A model generated the notes under the pieces. It saw only the letters and a list, made by a program, of their open reading frames with translations. It had not been told where the DNA came from and did not search any database. The translations under genes and the position numbers were made by a program. DNA of 62,818 nucleotides, the filler included, from Sphaeroforma arctica JP610 (Eukaryota): NCBI RefSeq assembly GCF_001186125.1. It is 8 parts of 3 records of this genome, joined end to end, with 100 filler letters (N's around TTAATTAATTAA, not from the genome) between each part and the next. Parts side by side here need not be neighbours in the genome. Positions count along the whole stretch, not along the records: positions 23,337 to 42,283 come from NW_014040527.1; 7 more parts are not named here. One strand, given 5' to 3'. Positions 27,276 to 38,200 of the stretch are shown piece by piece (the first letter of the stretch is position 1; the number at the start of each line of letters is the position of its first letter).

Positions 27276-29480
27276 ATATGTATGTATGTATGTATTTATG
27301 TATGTATGTATGTATATTTTATACATGTATATGTGTTTGTATGTGTATATATGTATGCATGTATGTATAGCCTATATACATACATACACATATACATATA
27401 TATATGTGTGAATATGTAAATATGTATATATTTGCATAAATAGTCTGTATATTAGCTGAACTTTTTGTTCTGCCTTAAACCTGTATAGACAGTATCATCT
27501 CGTGCGCACACATCCAGCCTTCTTTCAATCTTCCTATACAATCAGTACATTGTTAGCATTGCCCATAATGTCGACTGTATGGATAGGCGCCTTGTGTAGT
27601 GTATCAGTGCTTGTGATCCGTTAGTTCGTCTCTAAACCAACAAGCCTGTGTGTCCGAATGTATACTTGCTTCATGTCATTATTATGCTTTACGCTTCCCG
27701 GTTATCAAAAAGTTTCATACTATAAGTCGCCAATACGGTTTACACTTTCAGGTCACCAATATGTTGTACAAAACCGTACACGTTTAGGAACCCGAACCTC
27801 TCGTACATTCGAAGCATACGATAACGATCTCCTACGCTTGTGAATTTCGTGATGATTCGTTTCACTATTCAGGGTTTTAGGGTTTATTAAGGGTACGTTC
27901 TTGTTCACTGTGTAGAAGGGCTCCTACCTCCTTACACAATCCTCTTTTTCTTCTTGTATGCATACTAATACACACTCGTTGTTATTCTATTCTCATCCTG
28001 CTATTACTCAGGCGAAGAAGCAGACCCTGAACGAGTTGTCTCAGTCTCAGAGACAAAGCAAGGTGCGTATATTAAGGGTTTACTGTGCGTTGTGTTGATG
28101 GTGATGTCTGACGTGTGGTGCTAAAAATAGCTTTGAGGATTGAGGGTTTCAGTTCCAACACATGACCTTTTTTCTTTACACTATATTTGCGACGTTGATT
28201 GAAGTTATATCTCAATGCTAGATAGACCGAATAGTGTTTTATCACTCTGTATGAATGTGAGATAGAATATCTGAATACTATATAGTACGACGGTATGTCA
28301 TACTGTACACCTCGATGCTATATAGAACGAAGAAGGCTGCATCACTCTGCTTGAGTGCTAAATAGGATACTTGAATGATGTATATTATGACTACTTCTCA
28401 TGGTATATATCCCAATGCTTGGTAGAACGAATTATATTGCATCATGCTGTATACCTCAATGCTAGATAGAACGGACGTTATATTTATGCATTATATCCCA
28501 ATGCTAGGTAGAACGAATTATATTGCATCATACTGTATACCTCAATGCTAGATAGAACGGACGTTATATTTATGCATTATATCCCAATGCTAGGTAGAAC
28601 GAATTATATTGCATCATACTGTATGCTTCAATGCTAGATAGAACGGACGTTATATTTATGCATTATATCCCAATGCTAGGTAGAACGAATTATATTGCAT
28701 CATACTGTATGCCTCAATGCTAGATAGAACGGACGTTATATTTATGCATTATATCCCAATGCTAGGCAGAACGAATAATGTTGTGTCATGTAGTATACCT
28801 CAATGTTAAATCATACAAATACTGCTGTAATTATACAGGCTACAGGACAAACGGGTGGCAACTCACAACGCCCAATAGCCACGCCAGCGTCTGCCGTGAC
28901 TCAGTTGAATGTCAACGGAACTCAGGCGATGAAACCAGCGGCTACAAAATCTCTGTCAGGTATCGGTGCTCAGCAGCAACAGCAGCAGCAACAACAACAA
29001 TTACAACAAAGTGGGATGGGTGGTAATAAGCACCTGTCCCAGGGATCCAATCAGAATCAAGCAAATGTGAACGCGAATGGACAGCAGGTGCAGCAACCGC
29101 CCAAGATAGGACTAACTCCGGGCCAAACAACGCCACCCCAGCAACAACAGCAGCAGCAACAACAACAAGCACAACAACAACAACAGCAACAGATCATGCA
29201 ACAGAATATGCACCAGCAGCTGCAGCTGCAGCAACAACAACAACAGAACATCCAGCAACAGCAGCAACAGTTACAACCGCCGAATATGAACCTGGGCGGC
29301 AAACCTTTGCTGGGACACCATGCTTCTGCTCAGAGATTAGCCTCGGCACCCGTGAATGGCTTGGGTGCGTTCACACACACCTTGCGAAAGCAGAGTTTAT
29401 CTGGAAATCAGTTGCCCGTCATGGCCTCGCCCCAGGAAATAAGGACCGGTCCGAATGTGCAGGGGCAGAGGCATGGGTGA
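23772..29480 (+). CDS. WNK: WNK-like kinase, C-terminal portion (CCT domain, Q-rich disordered tail, coiled coil); 5' part lost in gap
   Basis: Exons 23772-23953, 25004-26531, 26765-26808, 27030-27155, 28012-28062, 28839-29480; GT-AG and in phase. [25 protein letters not shown] resembles the WNK/OSR1 CCT domain. [20 protein letters not shown] resembles the WNK C-terminal coiled coil. The kinase domain itself is not visible. Confidence 0.65.
24320..24632. repeat. Intronic tandem repeat, 82 bp x ~3.5
   Basis: caatgagtcctat starts at 24325, 24407, 24489, 24571. Confidence 0.9.
28200..28810. repeat. Intronic higher-order tandem repeat: 86-bp dimer of ~43-bp monomers
   Basis: cccaatgctaggtagaacg at 28497, 28583, 28669 and a variant at 28755, alternating with ctcaatgctagatagaacggacg. 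Confidence 0.9.
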
Positions 29481-30501
29481 GATCGACACGCAGATCAATA
29501 CATAACTTAGAAAGTTGCCGATATCATGTCCTATTTGTAAATTGTGGAATCATAGATCGAGGCTGAGCTATCCACAGCGCGATTTCGAGGGCGATTGAAT
29601 GGATTTGGGATTCGCAGGGTGTGATTTAGGCAGGAGAATTTTAGTAATAGGATATAAACAAGCACAGTTGAGTCTTTGTATGTAGTGCCATGGAAGGAAA
29701 TTTAGTAAATTCGGTTTAAATAAATCAGTATAGTGTATTCAACCGCGATTCTGGTGTACTGTATAACATACGGTTGCTTCCAGCTGAAGCATATGCCTGC
29801 TTTCGATAAATCTATAGATAACATGCCCCTTTTGGATGGTTAAGCGTTTACACGATCAAATACAATCCGCAATTTAGAACTCAATTTTTGTACAAACTGC
29901 CAATTGTGTGAATTTTATGTATGCAGTATGACTCAATATGACTTCTCGTGACTTCTCCAAACCTTGAGGTGTGTGAATATAATGCAGTTTGACTCAACAA
30001 ATGCTAGTAGATAGTACAGATAACAAATGCCATAGCCTCCCATAATATCTAAAGTTAAAGAAGTTAATGTGACCCTACTCAACAAGAAAGTACACCCGCA
30101 ATTCTCGCCGAAATAAAAAATGATGGATATTAATTTTTGCAGGTAAATTACATTAGAAGTAAATATATATATTTCTTTCAAAGTCTATTTCCACTACATC
30201 CGCTATGCCTGCCACTATACCTGCCTTGCAACGCTCGTGAAGTATTTTCTATGTGGCACGCTCACACACGTCACGATTGGTAAGAGACGATATATGCACT
30301 GTGAATAAAATAGTAGTAAATTTGGCATTCTATTGAACTGCTTCAATATAGGTTCAGGGTTTAGAGGTTTAGGGTCGTAGGGCTTAAAATCAGCGCATAG
30401 TACAAAAAAAATGCGGCTTGCTCTCGGCAATACTAGATACTGCTTCAATATCAGTTTTATAGTGACAAGAAGCCCAATCAGGTAATTGTCATTAAAGCAC
30501 T

Positions 30502-30790
30502 TGTACTGTGTGCTTTACACTACGGTTTATTAGACTATTGGAAACTAAACTAGATGGAACTCAGACCTGAGTGAACTAGTAGTGTATGACTGAACCCTAG
30601 TGTATTTGGGTCCGTCCTAGATATAGGAGGGACTCGGATTCGCATAATAAATACCAATACCAAAGAATTCCCGTGCCCTCACTGCCCTGTCCTGTAGGAT
30701 TAAATATGACATGGGACGGTCTGATCGTGCTTTGTCCCGTACTCCTAAGATTAGGCCTCTAGACGACACTATGTCGTATCCCGAACTACA
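30502..30790 (-). repeat. LTR (3' LTR of a minus-strand element), preceded by a polypurine tract
   Basis: Clearly similar but diverged copy at 40807-41095 (ggtttattagactattg, ctaaactagatg, gggtccgtcctagat, ccgtactcc). Minus strand reads GGAGAGAGAGGGGGGG-tggt-TGTAG at 30810-30786. Confidence 0.7.
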
Positions 30791-32900
30791 ACCACCCCCC
30801 CTCTCTCTCCACCACGCAGTCTCGCCAGTCCCATATCATCCCCAGTCGCCGGTCGTCTGGAAAAAAAGTACTGAAATACATATTTGAATGAGAATATCAT
30901 TGTATACTTGTGTGTTTCGCTTCCAAACTGGTCTATTTATGCTATCAGCTAAACTACCGGCCTACTACTAAGTACAACAGTTACAACGCGTCCTCGATCG
31001 TTTCATCACGTCTGCTATATCCTCAGTCACCTCTACATCGGCAGCCGTATCCATTGTCGTATTATCAGTTGTGTCATCTACAATTAATATCGCTTCATTG
31101 CGCAAGATTGACGAAATTTCTGACTGCGTGCGAGCTGGGATTGCCTACCAGCCCAGAATTTGAGCTGCTCCTGCTTATACACTCGGTATACCGAAGACCG
31201 GTATGCTTCCTTGATTGATGCCAGCGTGGATGATGTATTGACAACATACTACACGTGCTCGTTGAAAAATACTTCCTTCTTCAAAACCTGTTGGTAGACT
31301 TAGTCCATTTGCGCCAAGCCGAGTTGCACCCGTAGAAGTATTTGCGCGCGGATGAATTTTTTTAAAAGCCGCAACTATTACCTACCGTTCGACCTGTGGT
31401 AAGTCCGCCACTGAAGACACGTCAAATAGCAACATGCCGTACATATAGCCGGCTAGGGAACGGAGCGACACGTTTTCCGGTCTTCCAATTTGCGGTATGT
31501 ATGCTTTAAAGTTTTAATGTGTACACGATTTTCTTTGTTTAAACCGACATTCTTGATCTAGTGAATGAGGAGTGGGTGGTGCGCTACGATCAATGCGGGT
31601 ACCAGCCAAGATTCAACCAGCCTGTGTATGTATGCTGCCATTGGTGTACATTTGATCTGACATCGGCTAATTGGAAACATGAGTGCATCGACGTTGTGGT
31701 GGCGGACAGTTTTTGTGAACGATGTGCCTCTTGTACCACGACAGCGCCTCCTCTTCATGTGTATGTAGTTCCTGTCGGAGTGACACTGTGGGTTTAATGA
31801 AAGTCAACACTTTGTCCAATACGGTCTCAACCTGTGCATCCGTAAAGTGGAAGTATGTAGGTTTCTTCTGATGACTGACGAGTACGTAGCATCACAATTT
31901 TCGAGAAAAGAATAGGGGGACTATATCCAAGAGTGACGTAAACCCACACCAAGGGAGCGTTTTGCTGGAGCAACTTGTTGAAAGTTTCCACTCGGCCGTT
32001 GACACTGTGCGTATCGGTCGTGACTTAGTAAATTTTCATACCGCGCCGAAAGGCCCTGAAACTGTTACCTAATTATAGGACTCCCTTTATCGACCACAAA
32101 TTCCATACCATGTTCCCTAGGGTATACTTGTTCATACCTGGATAATAGCTGCCTCCGTCTGGTCCTCGTGCTTCAAAGGTTGCCCCGTAGCAAACTAACT
32201 AAATCTATCTTGTGCGGCGACAACGAACTAACCCCATTGGAATCATCGCTGGTGTTGAGAAAATAATGATTGACTTCGTCCGTGATGGCTTATGGGCGTA
32301 ACGGCCGTTAAAAAACCCCAATGGTGAATAGGTCCGATCGGCGTGACGGTACGGATACATTTGGGGCATGTGTCAAGTATCGGTTCAATTAATGTAGTTG
32401 TAATATTCCAACCACATTTGGATTTAAGATTATCTTCTTGACAATTAATATTAAAGGGTTGTTTCAAAGCATGAATGCGACCAATGAAACAATTATGGAT
32501 GATCTAGTTGTTGACACCAAACAAATCTAGACCGAAGTAGTGAGTGATCAGAGTGTAACGATATAGACAACAGTCTCAGTCTAAAATTCCCTGATTGAGG
32601 GCTGAAGCTAAACTCTTTTTTTTGTTGCTGTTGAAATTTAACGTATTCCCTTCTAGTACGTTCGCCTTGTTGAGCCAACTTTACATTACGACGTTTCCCC
32701 CCGATGACCTCCCCGAGCTGGCGAGTTCACCGATCGGTCAAGAACTTGTCACGCCCGCCACTAGAGGATGTGTCATGCGCGGTTTTCGACGATCCAGACA
32801 CGGGTGCGTCAATCTACAACAGGCACACCATCTAGAACACGAAGCCTACGCGCGTTTTTTCTCAGCCAGAGACATTATCGTAGATCGCGGCTTTAAACCT
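30791..32900 (-). mobile_element. Degenerate Ty3/gypsy-type LTR retrotransposon, integrase/3' region
   Basis: Broken minus-strand frames give CPKC (Zn finger), FVVDKGS (second Asp) and TTDTHSVNGRVETFNKLL..GYSP (Glu motif) at ~31915-32380, with many stops. Confidence 0.7.
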
Positions 32901-33399
32901 TCAGTACATTTTAAATAAACTATTGACAAGAAACTTGATGAGGGTTTTTCACTACGTAAAGTAATGTATGGATGAACGATCCTACAGGGGTGCATATTGG
33001 CCGAATTTATAGCTAACTTGCGGCCATAGAATCCCTCATTAGTATTGTTCATAAAGAATAAAGCCTCAAAATGTAGAAAAGTCACTGAATGTATATTCAC
33101 CCATTTAACTGATGAAACATACTGAAATATTGACCAAATATGTACAAATGCACATCTAGCGACAATTCCACCTTTTTAATGTACATTTTATGATTTTATC
33201 GTGCAAAATTTGCTTGAATTTGATCAAAGAGCCTTCGGCTATATACATTTTTAACGAATAAATGTGTTGAGGGGGGGAGGGATGTTGCCAAACATATCTT
33301 ACTGATTGGGGCGTAACTCACATGGTCTGTGATGCTCTTTTGCAGGAGCATACGAGAATAGTATTTCGGAAATTCATTTTCAAATTCTGTTGTCATGTT

Positions 33400-34650
33400 G
33401 GATACTTGTGACATAGTTGTGCGAAGACAATGCCTCTAAATCATACACGAGTTGTGGATTTTCTGATACCACTCTAGTATAGGCACAAAGCAAACCCCCA
33501 CAGCTAAAACTGTCGTGTTGGACTACACCGCCTACTCTATGGCTATATGTAACATTATCTGTGAGGAAACATTTTCATCCATCGTACTATATAACTGGAT
33601 TGTTCGTCAGCTCTAGCAGGACTTGGCATACCATCTAAAGAAAGTAACTGTGGCTTTTGTTCTGTATAATGTAACAATCGCTAAGTTTTAATGTGCGTTC
33701 ATATGATTCTACGGGATCAATAGAGTGATCCTTTTGGACACCTGTGCTGGTCCCTTACGTCGTAAGTTTCCCTATGATACTTGTGTAAATCATTCATCCA
33801 TACTCTACGTGCAACAGCATTACAGAAACGTACCGCCTGCTCAGGCTGTACGAAGCACTCGAAAACCAGCGTGTGATAATGCTAAAATATTTCTGGAAGA
33901 CACTTCTGAACTATGGTCTAAATTTAGTGCAACAGTCATTGATTGACTTGACTTTGTCGTACATCGCCCCTATCTTGCGTGCAAATGGACAAGAAACTCG
34001 AACGTGATGTGCGAAACGTGTATAAAAATGGCGATTAAAGGCAAAGGTTTGGACGAGGACGACCAGATGTATAATATTTTAGTAGCAGAACTAGATACAA
34101 GGGGACTGGCGTGGCCTACATCACTTCTGGTGGTTATGACAGGTCTTGTCTCGGATATTATCCAGTTTAATCAGTTTACTTGCGCAAGCAGAGCGGGATT
34201 GCGTGTCAATCAGAACGATTATGCTTCAGCGCATCAGCAACGCTTGTGGCTCATATAGGCAGAACAATATTATCGTGCCAGCTTTGTTGAACGCCCTTTA
34301 CAATGTTGCCTGCAAAAAAATGACATTGCTACTCAATCGACAATGTGCAGCTACTATAGTTACCCCTAGTATGGTGAAAGCTAACACAAAGAAGGGTCGT
34401 CATACAATTTCATGTGGAACAGAAGGCACTATGTATACTCATAATATCTCAGGAAAGTAGACAGCTGAAAAGTGTAAGGATGTGCTACGAAGTGTGGTGT
34501 TCCACTGGGGGACAGCTTCTGTTGACGCAGTTACAAGCGGTACAACTAGGCAGCAGTCAACTTGATCTTACCTTAGGGACAAAAGCGGATATGATTGAGC
34601 GCATCGGAATGACGCTCCTGAACCCTATCACCCGTTGTCAACATTGAGGG
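33400..34650 (+). mobile_element. P-element/THAP9-like transposase relic (C-terminal half) with SAP-like tail
   Basis: ICEETFSSI (like the xLExFFSxIR catalytic Glu), SYIA/YLACKW..MCETC (like YIAGY..CxxC), ELDTRGLAWPT (like DxGGLxxPS), LGTKADMIERI. Frameshifted. The AT-rich flank ends ...ttctacagtg at 35270. Confidence 0.5.
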
Positions 34651-35270
34651 AAGCATGAACACTAGACAAGATAGCACACCATAATTGCTTCTTATCGTAG
34701 ATAAACTGAATTGATCACACATAGTATATAATAGTTAAAAAAAGCTGTGCGCTTATATTTTTTTAAGAAAACTAAAAAAATGCTTGGCACCAATATTTGC
34801 CAAGCGTTTTGAGAATGTTTGGCTTTGTTCAATTTTCAGGAGGCTATGTCCAACATTTGAAAAATCAAATCAAAAATCAAAACCCCAAGGTGTATCTAGT
34901 TCTCCATAACGTTTAAGCCATAGACGATCACATTTATTTGGCTCGCCAGAAGGACTCAACATGTCCTACTTCACAGGAGATTATCTTGTTCTGTGAGTAT
35001 TTTCGGATATACCAAGTTACAAAATTTGCCTGATTTCCTTTCCTGTATAAATTTTAATGTTAGTTGGAAAACTATAATCTCAAATGCACAGTAAAGTTTG
35101 AGTTTCCTTACTCTAAAGTGTGTACCATTTACTGCATTTTAAAATAAAATCCGAAAATGGATTGTTTTGATTGTTGCAAAAATCTACCCTTGCATTTTTT
35201 ACGGATCCCAAAATTTAAAATTTACGTTAAACATGTGCTTCTACTATTAGGAACCGCTATTTCTACAGTG

Positions 35271-38200
35271 TGGGGCGCCTGTATATTGACCACCTTGAGC
35301 CCATGTACCCAACGGTCCCTCTTGAAAGGGATCGAGTGGTACTGGCGTATCGAAGCTGTGAACGAATTTAGCTAGGTCCGTCTCGTACGAGTCAAGAGTG
35401 TCGGCCATGTGACAGTACAACGTCCACGCCGCGGGAAGTAACACTGAGGCACGTGCTTCCTTCTGAGACTCATCTGTTCTCGGTACGGCAGTGTCGCTAG
35501 CTGGAGCGAGTTCTAGATCAATAAACCGATATGCTGCGTCTCAATGTTTAGGAAAAGATGGTTGTGGAACGAACTCGCTCTCTTGATCGGAACGAGCCGT
35601 CGGTGGTGACTAATTATCTGTACTCCATGTTCGTACCTTCTTCAATGGTGCTGTAACCAAATTCAAAAATTCGATAGGCAGCTCTAAGTATGCTGGGAGC
35701 GTGCTTCGGTAAAATACGACGTGAGTTTATACCCCAACTAGTTCAAAGCCGAAGGTAGGCCTCGGAGTTCTAAACATCAACCGAAATGAAATCGTTGGGG
35801 CGAGTTGTTGGCGGACGCGTGAGACCACCCGCTAGCTTGGCTAGAAATGTAAAATTCCACAGTAAGAGGCCGGCGATATGATTGCCTCTGTGCAAGAAAG
35901 TTTCCGAACGGTGTGAAATAATGATGGGTACATCCATGATTATCGGGAGATGGAAATCTTGCAGATCAACGGTCATTTAGTATTGGGGTTTGCGAGTATC
36001 AAAAGCGTCTTCAGGGCCCCACGTGCCAGTACCGTCGACGGTAATGTACAGGTCCGTGACGTATACTCGCAGACCGTTCGACATCAAATCAGCCGTGATT
36101 TGTTTTGTACAAGATCAGTTTTACTGAATTTACAGTCCCAGCTATACTGAGTTCGTCTGAATCGGCGAGTTGTAGTGCTATGAAACTCGTTGGTGGTCGT
36201 CTACTCTGAGTAAAACAACGGCCACAATCTGCTGCGACGCTGTACGCTACTACCATCTTGAAACAAATAAAATTATCTCTATTGGTAGTGCCAAACTGGG
36301 CTTCCACTCGACTCAAGGCCGTGCGACTGGCATAAAAATTGGGTCGAGACGATCGGCTGTGTGTGTGAAGTACCCCTCAAATACTGTAAACGGATCAGGT
36401 ATGTACTGCATATCAACTTCTAGATGCTGTCGCGTACCGTATTCCCGTACATGTATTGTTCTAAGTATTTCACTATGTGGATGAGTTGTTATTTGACAAG
36501 ATACTAAGAAAACCGGTCTATTAAACTTATCACCGGCAGTCTTTGACACAGCCCGTCATTTCTCTGTCGGTGGCTCAGTACTTCTTTTTTATATCGTTCA
36601 ACTTAGTACAGAAGAAAGACTATGGGTATAGAAATCACAGAAGTATAAGTGTATTACCAAAATTCCGATGTGGGTCTTGCGTATCTTTGGTAAACTCACT
36701 GATAGTATCTGCATAAGCCAGGTCGACTGAAAAAGATGGCAGGTGTGTTGGTCGAGGTAATCCCTTTGACATGTGATAAGTGCTGTGTATTGTCCTTCCA
36801 AACGTTGTTGTTCAATAACCACTATGTTATTAATCGTTAAGTGGACCACTTCTAGTATGTGTATCAGTATGCTGCAATTGGTCACGAAGTGAACCTTCCT
36901 CTGCAAGTGTACAACTCTGTGGTGAGGCAAGTGTACCATTCCAATCTCTATGGAAAATGCAGTCAACAATCATTGATGCATTCTGTCACCTGCTATGGAA
37001 TATATCCTTATAATGTTGCAGGCTTTTCGATTGGGTTATGTATTACAGGATCGGAGATCTGTCTAGTGTACAGTATAGCGCTGCTTCTTCGTCCTCCGTA
37101 ATAATTAGGCGTGGTGTCAGAGGGTCTACCACTACCGATGACAGTCCCATTTGAACACGATGTGTCTCACATTGCCTAGTACATTCCTCATCTTCCTCGT
37201 ATTCGCGAGCCCAATGTGGGGGAATCTGTACAAATGCAGCAGCACCAAGGGCCTCATTACCAGCGTATGGCATAATTACAAAACGCTGATGCGGTAAAGA
37301 ACAATAAAGGCGTATACTGCGAATGACAAACAGTAGCAGGTCTGGAAGTGTCTTAATCTGAATGCTTTCCATCTGAATATTGCCCTTTTCTTAGTGAGGT
37401 ATGATTGCGGCGCTAAAATGGCAGCAACGTTATGTAGATACGGTCCCCGCCATGCTCTATTCTTAAACGATAGTGTGATAAACAACGCTATTTCTCTTTG
37501 TTGCAAGAATGTCGTCGCATTTCCAAGGTACATACTACAACTTAGAAAAGTTGGTATATGGATGGCTGGAGTTGAATACATCGTTGTCCGCGCAAATGTA
37601 AACAAATTTCAAGACCTGATCCCAGTGATGCGAAAGTGATTCGCGTACTGATCCCGTCGCTAGATTCTTCGTCGGGATAGGTAAATCGTTCATGTACGGT
37701 TCTGCATCCGGGAATTTACCAAAGATCGTACTGGCGCATCCATTCTCAATACCTTCCTGTAGCAAGTATATCGTCATCGGGCTGTAGTTGATGGTACGAT
37801 CTAGCCATGTCACATCGTCATAATGATGGCATTGGTGCAGTGTTCCGTCAATTCCGTCTCCATATGTAGTTTAAATACAATTCACGCAGTTTGTTTGTTG
37901 GTCTTTCCGTAGTTTATTGTATCTCGGTAGTCGTAGTCGTCTTTACTCTGCGGCACTATACTTTTATCCTTCACCACTGCCTTCATGTAGCTGACCCAAC
38001 GGATAAATTTATTCCCGTCTTCTGCTTTTCATTTTTGAAGTATTATGAGACTATGAGTAACTCAATTTCATTGACTACCGGATCCCTTGTAAAGTATACT
38101 TGTCGTGATGGTTGTGCTCTCTCTTTAAGCTTTTGCTCAACCTTGACATTTTTAATCGTCTTAGTGATATTTGCGTCGAATCGAACACTGTTGAATCCGA

